From: Balanoglossus misakiensis
Lineage: Eukaryota > Animalia > Hemichordata
Length of the DNA stretch: 64,000 bases
Direction: 5' to 3'
Assembly: GCA_040954595.2 (NCBI GenBank)
Contig: CM082590.2
Coordinates: forward strand, 8,184,001-8,248,000
The notes below the pieces were generated by a model. The model searched no databases. It was not told the origin of the DNA and saw only the letters and a program-made list of their open reading frames with translations. Each line of letters opens with the position of its first letter. Positions within the stretch are counted from its first letter, which is position 1. Below, in pieces: positions 26,727 through 42,000 of the stretch. A program made the translations under genes and the position numbers.

Positions 26727-27720
26727 ACAACTAAAGAAGTAATGGGTTGTAGAAGGCGAGTGATTGACACTACAGCGTTTAATCAGAAACGTCTTTTGAC
26801 TCCAACTTCAAGCATGAGTGATTGGTATGCGATATCTCTGTGTATATATGAATCCATCTGGTTTCGATTAATCTTCGTACTTGGTTCTAATATTGGATGG
26901 AATTCAACAAATTCCTCGTTGTTCATCTCTACCGAGGCTGCAACTTTAACACAAGCAGGCTCGGCCATGCACTGGCTTTCGTCTTTTCCTCGCGTTTTTG
27001 AAACACAAAATGTTAAAATATAACAGGGAAGACTCGGTGTGCTATCACGGTGGTGATCATTGGATCGCAGGGCGCCCGCACACGAGTGAATCTTCAAACC
27101 CTGGATTACACTGACAATGTGCACACACTTGTAAACGTTTGCATGGAAATGTGAAAAGCAATTTTGAACTGCTCCTGCACGGATAAAACTACATACAAAA
27201 CGACTGGGATAGGAAATTATGGTTGATTAACAAAGAGCTAAAGTAAACTAAAGTAAAGTAAATTAAACTAAACTGAACTAAACTCCATTTTCATCTTCAT
27301 AAAAAGTTTCCAACTAAAAATACTCGTTTTTAAACGGAAAATATACATGCGTCATTTATGAAGCAACTACGTGTGTTTATTTATCCCAAAACACCATTAG
27401 GCGTTAGTTACCTTGACTGTGAATGGGCAAAAGTTTTTGCAACAGTTCTCTCCTTATTTAACGTCAAATAGCGCAACATACCCTGTTACGGCAAAGTACC
27501 CAGCCAATAAAATCATGTGATCGGGCGCACGTGACCTGCTACCCGTACCGAGCTGCATTTCAAAGGAAGGCGTATATCGTGGGCCGCTGCGAAATACCAG
27601 TAATTCTGTCGTTATTTTGCGCCTGGCTGACGCGATCTTGGAGTACCGTGATACTGCAGTAGTCCACCGAGTGCTCTGCTTCTTGTCGTTCGGGAAATTT
27701 GGATAGATCGACCTGTCAGG

Positions 27721-30700
27721 ATGAATCCGCCGTGCGCGAAATGCCGCAAGTCTGTGTACCCTATGGAGAAATTGAACTGCCTGGACCAGGTGAAGTTGGC
27801 TTTGCTTGTTTTGACATTCCTCGGAAACTTTAGATTCTTCGCGTGAACTTTCAGTGTCAGGAGTTTCATGTCTTTCTGGTCTTATCTTGCAGTACTGGCA
27901 CAAGGCTTGCTTCAAGTGCGAAACGTGTATGATGACATTGAACATGAAAAACTATAAAGGGTACAACAAGAGACCCTACTGTAATGCGTAAGTACATAAA
28001 ACATATCTGCATCAGAACAGTTTGCTCTGAACACGTCATACATCTGACCCACACATAACTTCGGCCGTGTGTCAATCGACATACATTTGACCACACTGAG
28101 ACCCTCAAATGTATCGCTTACAACACACATCTAACGATTCCTCTATAAGGAAACGCAGCGATCTGCACGTCTGCAGTTGAGATGAGATTTAGAGATAGTC
28201 TGGTCTTTCACGAGTTTTGGTGGACCCTCCCTTTTTTCAAGGGGTGCATAGTAATTGAAATGCTAGCCTATTCATTGATTTAAAGTTGAATCCAACGTAC
28301 GAAGAAGCTTGATGATTCTGTTGACTCATACTCAGAATTATCAGAAAATGCTGGTTATTTTACCAAATCAAGCGTTTGTCACTTCTGTTGTTTTCATACA
28401 CATGTCCATTTCAAGATGTCTTCCAAAACGACAAAACTTAAAAAAGGTTAAACAAGGTGAACAGGTCACAGGTGATGAACTATTTCAAAAGAAATTGTCA
28501 CTTATTCAAGATGAACTTATCTGCAGTGCAGTAGCTTATGCGACAGTTATCTGCAAATAGGTTGATTGGCAAATGGGTGTCAATTTCTTGTGGTGAATTA
28601 AATTTAGTTATTTATGGCTCATGTCGCAAGATCTGTGTTATTCCCACGTGAGTATCTTGTTAGTTTGTACCAGTGGGTCACATATACTAAATAACCAGTT
28701 TTACTTTTAGCCTGTCTTGCTCTTCAGTCAAGGTCACGACCCTAAACTGATGACCTCACTGTGACCTTTCACACATTTCTGACTGTTGACCTTAAATTTG
28801 ATGTGTAACTGCATGTGTTAATTAATGTGTCATTGACATAAATACACCAAAACATTGACTTAGTATCTCACACTTAATTAGGGTGTGTTTATAGTTTTGT
28901 TTTCGTAGATCAAGTTGTACACAAATATTTCAATGTTTTGGGGACAATATGAATAATCAGTTACAGAAGTTTGTCTTGCTTATCAAAGGATTTGTTATCA
29001 ACTTGGGGTCTTCCATATATTGCCAGTTTTAACTTCTTATCACTATCAACAGACTGTCACTGTCAGTTTCAATGGTGAAATGGTACTACGACGTACATTT
29101 CATAAAAACAGTGTAATTCTATTTCAGTGTGTAGAACTGTTATTGGTCAAACTATGTTGAAAAAATACACATTTTAGTTCATATTCATCCTTATAATAGG
29201 AAAGACCAAAATATCAGTAATTTTGCAATTTGAAATTTTGAACCAGATTTATGGTGGATATAAATGAATATTTTTGAAAGCCTTTGTCATTGTTTGTAAC
29301 TACACAGTACATGGATAATATACAGTAAATCTTTATGCATTTGCGCATATAAATTCTTTTGTCGTTATGTAATTTTGGATAAATTTGCACCGCCATACGA
29401 CTTAATGGTACATTAGAATCTGAAAAAAATTCTTTTATTGCTTAAAAATTTTGTGTCAAATACCAAAAAGTGGAAGAAATTTTTGTGCCTTTTTTGGCGC
29501 GAGACTGGATGTCGTTACTTCCTGTCTGTCCGGGTACTGATAGTGTCTGTGGAAGTACGGTTACTGGATTAAATTATCTGATAATCGTTAGCATACATTT
29601 GCTAAATATATATGTGTAGTTAGTCATTAGAACGTACATTGTATCAGAGGGTCATCTACGCGAACATGTTAATGATAAAAAATTTATTGGCGAGTTCAAA
29701 TGTTCCATGATGAAATTGCTCATCAATGGAACTTGCTAAGTAGTGTCTGTAATGGAAAACCAAATAAGATCCATTAATTGTCATTAAAAAGTAAATTTTA
29801 GTAATCATTACTACTTTACAGGCAAAATATTGACTAATTCAATTTAACTGGACGTAGTTCATTTGAGAGATTAATAATTAAACCCAAAATGACCTAGAAA
29901 TGAAGCTGTTAATGGCTGATACTTTGCAGATTTCTTTCCATTGGTTTTGTGCTGTTAGCTAAATTAACATTGCATGAGTTCTAACACAAAATGTGGGAGG
30001 GGCACCTGACCCCTTCACCTCTATTCTAATAGTACAGAGGTCCAACTCCATCATTATAATGCACAGGGGTTAGGCCACTGTTGAGTTGTCGAAAGGGGGA
30101 CACACAAAATGTCAGATGAAATCTATCGCCCTGTAATTGTTTAGTCTACACTCACAATCACAATAAAATTTGTCAACTTAAGTTGCTCACTTTTGACATA
30201 GTTTGGACTGAACCATGGTGGCAAAAGGGTTAAATCCATTCAGAATGATAATGGGTCAAAATCTCCACCAGAGTGAATACGTGAACACAAAATGTGTTTG
30301 TTTAATTAATTGTTGTAACTAAACCTGTGATGATATAATCTACTATTGTGAGCACTCAAGTACATCGTAAAAACGTGTGTCATTGTTTGATGATCATTGT
30401 TTTCAAAACAAAGTACTCTAACCTGTCATTTTGAAGAAGGCTGCATATTGCCATGTTTGGGCATGTAATTGACCATGGCTAGGCTGGAGATTCAAGAAAC
30501 GAAACAAAAAAGTTATACCTTTTTGAAGTACGTGCATTGTAACAAATTTAAGAAGGCCAAAAAACAAACAGAACATGAATGATAAGGAATTGCACTATAT
30601 GTAGAACTCCGTGATGAAGTCACCTGTCTATAAAGGCCAGTTTAGGAAAGTCCCTTGACTGGCCACTATGGACCGACAGGTTTGACTGTATATGGACTAG

Positions 30701-33700
30701 AATTGATGGCATGTCTCTGCTACAGGGCTAGGAATCACTCTCTCTTTCTCTCTGACATTTTAACGTGTATTTACCAGGGTTCGTAAACCGACATGTAACT
30801 CAAAACGGCGTCCATTTTCGAGACCACTTTGAGCAGAAAGAATTCTGTCACGCATTCTTGTCTCTGAGGCATTGTTGTGTTGTGGTACCATAACACTTGG
30901 CCGGTGCTCGGACAATACCCGCTCTGTTGTCCGATGGGTGGCCATCTTTGTTTCTTGCTTGTTCAACTCACAAAGTGGAAAATTGTTCCAGCAAGTTTGT
31001 GGTCACTGAAATCACAACATGTTAAATTTCTCAGTAAATACAGGGGGCTATTGAGCAAAAATTAATATGCGGCCAGTATTTTTATGAATTTGTGATGTTT
31101 TGACTACATGTTTTGGGTTCATTTTGCATATCTGTAATGATATGTGATCTGGACAAGTTGATAGTGACACAATAATTTTGTTTTGATGATAAAAATAAAT
31201 ATACTGAAATAAATGAGGTTTCGGCTGCATGTGTTATCTCTGCTTGCAGTTTTTGTCTCCAAAAACAGGTTTTCAACCTACAGTGTTTTGTACAAAGACG
31301 CAAAGAATAAAAAAACTCCAAGCACGGATGTTCATGTACATTGTGGTAGCCGTGTTTGTATAGGGCAGGAAGCCTTTCCTTGCTTGTGGAATAGTTCCCA
31401 TTGTTTTGAGAGGAAGCTGATTCCTTGAACTATGGAATACCGGGATTTGACCCGGCCTGGTGTTGCATATGGAACTCTGAACTCGAAAATATCCCCCCTC
31501 CCTTTATTTACAAACTTTGTCCCTTGATAGAAGCGAGTTCTTCAAGAGCCAGTTCCACATAGTTTACTAAACATCTCCATGGGAGACCAACCTCATCTAA
31601 CCTTTACAGCCAAACCTAAATATTCAGTAGCTGGGAGATGTCGAGACCAAATATTTCAAACTGACAATTGTCAACATATCTGTTGAAAATTTATATATCC
31701 CGTGGGAAGCATCTTGGTTAAGGTATGTTGGGAGGTCAAAGGTCAGGGGTCAGATATAAATATCGTACCCTGAAATAAATTTTATTGTCTTCTGGAAGGA
31801 ATTTCATAAACTAGGTCAAACAAGGTGAAAAATGCTTCTCAGAAATACTGAAGTTTACTTTTCTTAGCATATCATGCGAAGGAAGCAATAGTTTGGCTGG
31901 CCGTGCAATCCTGAATGATATTAGACAAATCATGGGGTCGGTTTGAGACATAATAGCCATGGTTATATCCATATTATGTGGAAATGTGACCCTATGGCAT
32001 ATTAAGTATCAATAAGCTGAGGTATGCGCGGTATCGTGTACACGTTTTCACTGGAGCACTAATATGCGTTTGCGATCTACCGTAAAAACCCTATTTGAGG
32101 TGTATATTGTTTCAGTATGCGACCTTGAACAGGGTTAATAGTAGTAGTTTAGGATTTCCAAGCAATCGTTGTATTATGTGTTGTACATGTCCATTTTGCG
32201 TAGATTTCAACAAAACTCACATAGGTGTGTTAGAAATTTTGCTTGATTCAAATAATTATCTCTGTTTCTGAATTATACTGCAGCTTAATAATAGACGTTT
32301 TACAGTTACAGATATTCTATTACTTTGACCGTAGCTTAGTGATGTCGAATGGACAGCTGTGCTCTACTGGGATTGCCCGATGGCCAGGAATGTGCACACA
32401 CATATATCACTTGTGTATAATTGATTTCTTCTCAATCCCTAAAATGGAATGGAATGGTGATGGGACGGTCAGCTGTGGGTTTGATCAGCTGTTGCTTTTA
32501 CTAGGATGGTATTTAGTCTGTGTGGCGCAAGATTTCTGTGGTCTGACTGTGATAACAAAGTGTCTTCAGACCTTTGGGATGGTCTGGTTGTGTGTGTGTG
32601 TGTGTGTGAGGGGGGGGGGGGGTTATGGGATGGATAATAGTTTTTGTTAAGGATATTACTGGGGTTCCACAGAATTTTCTTGGAGGAACAAACGTTTATT
32701 GGTGCTGAGAAAAAACAACAACATTTTTTTCTGCAATGCCTTGAGAAAAAACGCACAACCAAAAGAAACAAAAATTCGCTGTAACAGTGGCTGAAATAAA
32801 ATCCTGACATACATTGTACCCAGACCCCCCCCCCCCCCAAATCAAATGGTTCCCCCCTAACTAGCCATCTGTCGACACCACTGAAGGAGGACTATACCCT
32901 CAAGGTGTTACTCCTGTGATATCAGACGCAGCAACAGAGAGATATACATGGCACATGTCTTTCATCAAATATCAGTGGACTAAAATTAGAATAGTTAAGA
33001 AAATACACAGTGTGTGGTTTCTCAAGTAAGAACACATGGCCCGCCTAATAGTCTGCATTGGTGCGTCTTAATTTACGACGTGAATCATTTATATCATTGT
33101 CATATTATAACTTGATAGTTAAAGAAAGGGAATATTAACAGGCCCATGCTAGTAAGATGCTGAGAAACAGTGAAACGTTTGTTAAAGGTATACAGTCACC
33201 TCCAATGTACATCCGCCCATATATGGCTGAAAATGGTGTATTTGAATGTTCTAAATAACATATGGTGGGGCTATCTTTTTTACTTGTGCCACCAACTGAA
33301 AATCTGTGATTGGCCAGATCTCAATTTGGCATGGTTACTATGGCTAATTTTCCATAGGTGACTGTATACCTTTAACTGTACCCTGTCTAATCTGGAAACT
33401 TGTCAATACCGTATGCCTTTCTGTCTTTTCATACAGATTAGTGTAAATAAATGTCATAAGTGAAACTGCTATCTGCTCTTATGCCTGAGTGCTTCAATTA
33501 TCTTGTAATAATCATCATCATTTTTTGTCAGTAGGTGGTCTGCTAAAGTACACACCCGACAAAATTTTCCACTCATAGTTAATAAGCAAATGAAGCAGAA
33601 CCCTGTATGATTGTACTGTTATCTTTTTGATTTATAGGCATTATCCAACGACAAAATTCACAGCTGTGGCTGATACACCTGAAAATCTACGCCTGAAGAA

Positions 33701-36700
33701 ACAGTCGGAAATTATTAGCAATGTGAGTCAATTATCCAGTTATATGTAGATGTGTATCTATGGGTGACTGGTGTTGTCTTGTGTTGTGTTGTGTTGTGTT
33801 GTGTTGTGTTGTCTTGTCTTGTCTTGTCTTGTGTGGTCTTGTCTTGTGTTGTCCTGTCTTATTGTCTTGCTTTACTTCGTATTGTTTTGTCTTATCTTGT
33901 TGTCTTGCTTTGTGTTGTGTGTTGTCTTCTTTTATTGTCTTGCCTCGCTTTGCTTTGTGTTGTGTGGTCTTGTGTTGTGTTGTGTTTTCTTGTTCTTGTG
34001 CTGTGTTTAACAGTATGCTGAGGCAGCTGACTTTGAGTTAGGTTGGTTGGCTGTGTTTAGTATTGTCTGCTGGCTTCATTGCACGACTGGAGAAACACAA
34101 GCCACACAAGATGATTCATTTTAAAATCATTAACCATTCTCCCTCCCCTCCCCCCCTCTCCCTGCAGGTGAAATACCACCAAGAATTTGAGGAATCCAAG
34201 GGCAAGGCCATGTCGGTGGTGGACGACCCAGAAACTCTGCGAATCAGGAAGAATACGGCCATTCAGAGCCAGACACAATATCACGGCCACGCCAGTATGA
34301 GAGACACCATGGAAGCGAGACGACCTTCGGGCGAGGACGACGGCATACGGCAACCGAAACCGGCAGGTAAAGGCAGTTTTCTGGCTTACCGTATATGGAA
34401 TAACCATTACCATATAAGGAGATGTCTGAATAATCAGTGGTATTTGTTTTTCCATATATGGAATAACCATTACCATATAAGGAGATGTCTGAATAATCAG
34501 TGGTGTCTGTTTTTCCATATATGGAATAACCATTACCATATAAGGAAATGGTTGAATAATCAGTGGTGTTTGTTTTTCCATATATGGAAAAACCATTACT
34601 ATATAAGGAAATGGTTTAAGAACCAGTAGTGTTTGTTTGCCATATATTGTGAATTCAGGAAACTGATATCCTGTATTCATTCATCTGGAGAGGCCTGGAA
34701 TTTCACACGATCCTGGAAAACTCTGCTTCCCGGAAAGTTTGGAATTTCCAGGGACTTGTACAAGCTCTTCTCGACTGTAGACTCTTCTCTAAACGAACAG
34801 CGTATCTTTCTTTTTCTCTGTCTCTCCTTCTCTCTTTCTTTTGCGCTGATGCGTCTTGCGAACATCATTTTGCAAACCGGCATTTGGTAAGAACATCTCC
34901 GTCACTACCGGCATGTTAATCGTGTAACCCGCATGCAGCATTAACCAATGAAAGTGTTTATTTTTGGTCATGTGACTGTCATGTGATTTGTCGACCTTAT
35001 TAGGAAGAAGATGACAAATGTGTATCTTGGGTTGACTGTACATGTTATGTTGAATGTACTTTGTTGTTTGGTGTTAGACGAGAAAGTTGGTGTCAGATGA
35101 GAAAGGAGATATCTTTCAAAAATACTGTGCCCTCTTCACACCCGTTCACAAGCATGGTTTGGTCCAACTCTGTTGTTCCCAATGGCAGTGATGGACCTTG
35201 TTACAGGAAAATGGGGGTGAAAGGGTTAAATTGTTCCGGGGAGAATACTATTTCTTATCACTAAATTTGGATCTGAAGCTAATTCATCGTCCATGTGCAT
35301 GTCTTGAATAAACATGAATGGATTAATGAAACCTTTTCTGTTGTAGAAATAAATAACTGATGGTGTGCTATGTGGGATGTTTTTAACCAATGAGATCACA
35401 GGACTCAACTATGTAGATCGTGGATTCTTATAACTTCATTTATGATTGGCTAATGGCATGTATGTTTGTTTGTTTTGCAGCTATGTACTCGCATCCTCCA
35501 CCTGAAGAGTACGACCCAATCAAAGATTTAGATTCAGGTTAGTTGTGAAACCAAGTATAGATTCATTCCTTGCCTAATGGAGGCACTTTGCTATAGGAAA
35601 AAGGGACTAGTATTCACCGCCATTTTTCCATACAAAGCATGTCTTTGCAAGTGTATAAAACGGGAGCTACAGTGTCCTTGACACTATTTTTTAACGTCGA
35701 TACCTTTGTCTCTTGCCAGCTGTGAGTCGACCACCACAGAAGATCGGTTCCCTTGACAACTACAATCCATTGGCAGACGAAAATTCCTATAAGTCAACCA
35801 CCAGGGTAAGTCGACTCACCCCTTTGGCAACATGGTGCAGTCAAACTCCACTACTTAGTGTAAAATGAATGGACTGTTCCATTGAGTCAAAGAGGGGCAT
35901 ATGTTTAGAGACACAGTGGCTGTGAGACCACAGAAATGTTTTATATGATCTGGAAGAGAAGTTTTATCATACATCCATGTTTTCTGCAGTGAAGTCTATG
36001 AATTATGGCCAATAGCAAGAACCACACTGATGCCCATATTTGGATGTGATAATCTTATTGACATAGGAGCTTATTCCTTATTTGGACATGATAACCATAT
36101 TTGGAAATTAAATGACTATCATTTTTGGATATTTACTTGCATATGAAGATACAAGATACTTGTCCTGATGAAATACATTGTAATATTCCATCATGTAACT
36201 TTTCACTTCTTTTCCCCATTTTCCCCCCATCTGTCGCTCATTTTGCTCACCCATCTGTCTATCTGTTTGTCTGTCTGAACATTTGACGTTCTATCCAACT
36301 TTCAAAATTCACTGTCACTATCTGTGCTCAACTGTTTACACAAATATGTGTGCCTGTCAATCTGTCTGTCCATTTCTCTCTCACTGCTTGTCTGTCTCTT
36401 TCTCCCTCTATGTCTTTGTCTGTCTGTCTGTCTCTCTTTGTTTCTATATGTCTCTGTTTATCTCTGTGTCTCTCCCTCTGTCTATCTCTCTCTCTCACGC
36501 ACACACACCCTCTGTCTGTATGTGTGTCTGTCTTTGTCTCTGTCTCTCTCTCTAACTGTCTCTCTCTATCTATGTCTCTCTATGTCTCTGCCTGTCTCTC
36601 TCTTACTCCATGTACTTTTGCATTTCTTTCACTCTTCAGTTCCAACTCTCTTCATCTGGCAACCTGCCAATGAAAGTAAGAATAGTTGCGCACTTATCCA

Positions 36701-39098
36701 ATCTGCGCTGTACCTCTCTGCATGCCACGAGTGACGACTCCTTGCCTACAACCCAATGCATTCTGGGAACACTTGTCAGAGATTCCATTTTACAAGTCTA
36801 ATTTTGTTATATTTGGATGACATTTTTTTACATCCACCAGAAATTGTTTTGTAGTGTGTCTAGATGCTTTGTACAGGCATGACTTCCCAGAATTCAGTGG
36901 GTTAAAAATGGCTGGTTTGGTTTGCAGTTTACGTAGAAATATGATATCTTGCACTTTTGACGTTGTGATACAGAAATTGACCCGAAAAAGGCGTTGTGTG
37001 AGGTTAGATCGTCAAAGTTTTCAATCATTATCAATCATTAATGCCACTTATCATTGCGTTCTGTAAATTACCAATTGGTCTAACGGGCTAGTCCCTTGAG
37101 GTCATAGGTCAAAGGTTATGCGAGTTCATAAGACAAAATACTAAATTCACTGACCTGGGATTTATAGCTATGAGCCTGACCCAGTTGCAATCGTACTTCT
37201 GATCTATACTGTGTACAGTCGTGTGATAGCTTTGTTGAGCCACTTTCGCCCAGCTAGCTTCTTTTCTCGCATGGCCATGCCTTCAGTAGAAAAGGGAGAC
37301 ATTCCAACCCTTTCACCCCCACTTTCCTGTGTTGAGGTCCAACGTTACCATACAAAACGATGGATTTGGGCCAAACCATGGTGGTGGAAGGGTTGAATAG
37401 GGGCAACTTTATGTAGCTTTCTGCTTGTCCTTAATTTCAAAGGCCACTTTATCTCAGGGCAGTCTGTAGTCAAGATGGTCTGTTTATTTCATGACTAAAT
37501 TGTGCCGCATCATCCAGTTTGGATAAAATACTTACCTCAGTCAGTTTAACATACCGGTCTGACAGTCTTGTCAGGTCAGGTAAGTTCCATCAGATCTAAG
37601 GTAAGTAAATGATGTTGTAAGTCTCTTTACTTACCATAGCACAGGAAAATACCCACCCACATACATTGTATACAGTATAGATCAGGAAAAGTCTAAACGA
37701 AAGGAACCATTAAATATTCTGAAATGTTAATAGAGGGCGCTCTATCAACACTTCGCATATCCTTGCCAGTGTTGCAAGTTGGGTTTTCACTGCCAATTGT
37801 TGTCATGACGTCATAACATGACTTGGGTTTGTTGACTTATGACCTCTGGAGACTAGCCAAATGTTCCAGTTCTCAAATATAGTTTTCAGAATTCCCTAGC
37901 TCTCTTTCCTCGACGTTTGAGTTTTACTAATCCGTTGCGTGTGTGTGTGTTCATATATCATTCTGCCCCTCTTTCTAAAGCTCACAACACTCCACCATAT
38001 AGAGGTGGCCACTAACACCAGGTTTGACTATTAAGAATATTTAATTCTGTTTCAGGAACCAATAATGATCCAACCCCATCCTCAGTCGCAGCCGTCGTAC
38101 AACCCTCCTCCCCAGCAGCAGCAGCAGTACCGGCCGCAGTCGTACGAGGCGCCGCAGCCCTACCGGCCCCCTGGTGCTCACCAACCCACCTACCCCATGC
38201 CTCACGTCTCGGCCCCCCAGTCGCAACCGGCGTACCGCCCCCCACCCCAGCAACAGCCGGCGTATCAACCCCCTCCACAGCAGCACTACGAACCCCCTCC
38301 CCCGGCAGAGCCGTACAGGGCCCCTCCACCTGCTGTGAAATCAAAGGTAGGTTTGAGATTGCTTGTGAATGTCTTAGAATTCTCCCGACCTTAAATAGGT
38401 TTTTGGCTACCTAGGTGGGTGATAAAAATCTCACATGGTCGACACAATTTCAAGATGGCCGATTTTTGCCAGGTTGACTTGAGTGCTGACTACTCATTAA
38501 CCCTAATGCTGCCAAGTCAGTTGAAACTGGTTTGATTTCCAGGGTGCCTAGAATCCGGGCTCCCAGGCCTGTTAGACTGCCAAGTGTGTGTTAATCAGTA
38601 GGGCCTATACAAGACCCTCAGACCAATACAGTGCAAACCAGTGCGATTTGGTACATTTTACAGGGGGCTCAGACTGCCAAGTGTGTCTGATACAAAGTCT
38701 GACAAACTGATACAAAGTCTGACAAACTGATACAAAGTCTGACAAACTGATACAAACTCTGACAAACTGATACAAAGTCTGAAAAACTGATACAAACTCT
38801 GACAAACTGATACAAACTCTGACAAACTGATACAAATTCTGAGCTTCCATTGTGATGTTTGAATCCTCCATTCACTCGATTGCTTTCTTGACTTCCTTCT
38901 CTTGTTTCTCGTCGCGCACAGGGGAAGTGCTTCCGCGCCCTCTACGACTACACGGCGGCTGACGACGACGAGGTCACCTTCCAGGAGCACGACGTCCTCA
39001 TCAACTGCGAAGCGATCGACGACGGCTGGATGCAGGGAACCAATGAGAGAACAGGGGAGACCGGCATGCTGCCCTCAAACTACGTCGAACCCATTTGA
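27721..39098 (+). CDS. LASP1: LIM and SH3 domain protein (Lasp): LIM, nebulin repeats, Pro/Gln-rich linker, SH3
   Basis: Exons 27721-27789, 27893-27987, 33638-33722, 34168-34366, 35481-35537, 35720-35805, 38056-38346 and 38922-39098 are phase-compatible. Reads [32 protein letters not shown]...[28 protein letters not shown]...VKYHQEFE...[17 protein letters not shown]...IDDGWMQG...[11 protein letters not shown]. The two small middle exons are less certain. Confidence 0.93.
33182..33375. mobile_element. Kolobok-like MITE copy in LASP1 intron 2
   Basis: Same 16-bp TIRs and TTAA flanks as 7087-7278. Confidence 0.75.
33775..34000. repeat. (TTGTG/TTGTC)n pentanucleotide microsatellite
   Basis: Directly visible in LASP1 intron 3. 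Confidence 0.92.
34390..34650. repeat. 63-bp minisatellite, about 4 copies
   Basis: CATATATGGAATAACCATTACCATATAAGGAGATGTCTGAATAATCAGTGGT... repeated just after the LASP1 exon 4 donor. Confidence 0.9.
36240..36605. repeat. Degenerate CT/GT low-complexity tract
   Basis: Directly visible. Confidence 0.85.
38497..38840 (+). repeat. Truncated piggyBac-like element followed by a 20-bp minisatellite
   Basis: 38497-38688 matches the 13326 element, followed by (TGATACAAASTCTGACAAAC) about 7.5 times. Confidence 0.8.
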
Positions 39099-42000
39099 AA
39101 CGGTCGCTTTTTATAGTTCAGTTCAAAATTCTCTTTATACATAACATTTTTTGGTAAAATTCTCGCAAATGTAGCGCTTCCAACAGACGAATTGTTTAAA
39201 TCTGTTGACTTATTTGCATATTTGTGTCAAAAATTAATTTTTGACACAAATGTTGCGCTTCCAACAGAGGAATTGTTTAAATCTGTTGACTTATTTGCAT
39301 ATTTGTGTCAAAAATTAATATTCTGTAGCAGTTTGTAACGAATCTGCGGATATTAGACAGTGATCTTGTAATTAATGATTCGTGTTTTTGCATGTCAAAT
39401 GAAGTTTCGCGTTAAATTGAAAAATGATACGTATTCATGAGCATGGAATCAACAAATTAGATCCTTGGATCATGATCTCAATTTGCATATGTTAACCATA
39501 GCTAGTCAAATCGGAGTATTTCCGCGTTTAACCCTTTCACCACCATAGTTCAGTCCAAACCCATTGTTTTCTATGGTGAAGTTGGACCTCTAAAGAGGGA
39601 ACTGGGGGTCAAAGGGTTAAGGGATGGCACTGTAACATAGTCCCCCATAGTTTTGTTGAGATATACAGTGCGTTTTGTTGACCTTGAAATACAGTGCACA
39701 TTTTGCCAGATTTTGTTATTCTTGGCGATTTTGAGGGGTCTTTTATATTTTTCAAACTCATCAGCAAGCCTTGCGTATACAGTAGCTGTACACTAGAATA
39801 CCGTATATAAATAGGACTACAGTAACATGCCTGAAGCTATGCTATTAAGTAATGGATGTCCAGGTCTGTCTCAAAACCTGGCCTTGCTACTAGAGATTTC
39901 TAAACAGCACATAATCTTGACTTAGCTGAAATCTTGACTTCTTGAAGTGTGACGTAGCATGGTTGCTAATCAAAAATACTGAGAGAGAAATAAAAACCAA
40001 AGTATCAGTCCCTATCGCTTATATTTCGAAACTGCTCATATTTTTTCAAGATTTTGTAAACATTGCTGTAGTTTGGTCGAAATCTTAGAATAGATGATGG
40101 GAAAGAGGTGTCATCAAATGTTAGATTTGTACAGTTTTTTTAGTCGTGTTTTTGAGACTAATCTTTTCCTGTTGTTCTAAACTGAACATATCACAGACAC
40201 AGAATTCAATTGTCTTAGTTGTGATTGTTTTCCGAATATCGACAAAAATCATGTTACATTGTTACACTGTCCAGAAGTTCTCACAACAATGATTTCTTTT
40301 CTCATAAATTTAGCAAAGAAATGCAAGATAGTTTCTAGAGTATGGAGATTTACTCGAGTCTCCAGAAACGATCAAATATGAGCAATATGATCTCAAAGTA
40401 CACAATGTTACAAGAATAGACAGTAGCTAGAATATCAGATGGGATATTTTTGAGGGTTCACATGAACTGCACTGTAAAGAATACTTATTAACAAGGGTCA
40501 AAGGTCAAAATTAACTGACCTTTACATATTGACCATACGAAAGTATAGAGGTCATTACATGATTATTATTCATCTTAAATCTGATGTACAAGCAAGTTTA
40601 AGACAGTGAGTTGTCTCAAGAATCTTTGCTGATAGAAACCAATTCAGATTCATATTTTGGTGTTTTCATTTACATGAGAGATCAGAAAATAGAATCATAT
40701 TCTGAATGAATATCTGCCTGTTTTGGATGTATTCATTTATAGATGAGTTTGGGTACATTTTCTGGTCGAATGTATTGTAACATTCAGCCATTGCTTATGT
40801 TGACACCAAATTTTCTTCTTGTTTTAGTTCAGAAAAAAACTAATTCTGTATATATTTTATAATGCATAAGGACCCATTATAATGAGGCGTATAATGTGAT
40901 AGTCTGGGTACATTAACAATTAGTATTGAATTTCACAATAAAACTGCATGCTTTTGGAATATTATATGGATTTTGTGTGTGTAGATCATTTCATGCAGGA
41001 CTCCACCATAGCTGTATACCCAATATATGATTGATATAGGTTGCATATATGTAACATTTCTGAGTAAATGGGAGCACAGTGTCCTTGACGCTGTTTTGAC
41101 AAAATCCACTGCTGGGCAAAGTAATGAGAAGCTAATTTGCATTTCTTGATTAAACTTCTCAAATACGCCATTGAATTTGGTTCCCTTCGAACCACAAAAG
41201 CTGAGAGACTATTATGAACACTACAGGTCTATGCCCAAGGATTTCTGCTTGAGAAGGTTCCATGCGTTTAAACAGAAACAGCATGTGAACATCTATTTTC
41301 CCTGTTAACACTAACCTTGATATTTCGGTATTCAGTGAACATCACTACAACCTAGGGCTTTACTTTAAAGAAACACGACAACCTGGCATGATCCTAGCTA
41401 TTTGAAATCTCTCCTTGTACGATGCAAGGTAATTTCGATAAAAGCAGAAAATAATCTCTTGTAAATTGCGTAGTCTAAGTCACGTACACATATTTCATCA
41501 AATCCATCCAATATGTCAACTGCAAAATCATACTGATATATGGACCAGTCCCAGAAGTGATGTCAGGTGTTTTCCGAAAATATCAGGCCTGGTCTCGTAA
41601 TTTCAATGACTAAATGTTTTAAGATTAACCGCTTGTAACATTGAAATTGTATGTTTACTGGTCAATTAGACAGCTCTTTTGTTGTAAACTCTGCAGGTTA
41701 CTATAGAGCAGCAATTTTCCTTTAAAAGTGCCTAATGTGCACTAAACTCAAAAATTTCTGACTCGTTTCCTGAGAGCTATCAGCCAAACTAAAAACTCGA
41801 GAATTTGCAACAAAAAAGTTTCAGAAATACATACTGCCTGAGTATCGAACTCTCTACCATCCCACAATGCAGTTCTGTGACCGGCCCTACGTCACGAAGT
41901 CCGCACACCATTTAAATTTGCCACTGGCAAATTATTCGCACCATCAATAACTCTACATGCAGTTGCCTCCTATTAACCAAATCATCCTATCACGCCAGCG

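Noticed and set aside
27454-27945. 163-aa minus-strand ORF
   Set aside because: Antisense to LASP1 exons 1-2 and the GC-rich promoter; no domain signature.
30760-30966. 68-aa minus-strand ORF in LASP1 intron 2
   Set aside because: No recognisable homology or splice context; too short to support.
34057-34680. 207-aa and 188-aa ORFs with 21-aa repeats
   Set aside because: LASP1 exon 4 plus a 63-bp intronic minisatellite; a canonical donor at 34367 precedes the repeat.
38688-38840. Short-period repeat as a CRISPR-like array
   Set aside because: Head-to-tail 20-bp units with no unique spacers, eukaryotic context and no cas genes. The same applies to 53310-53410 and 44420-46990.
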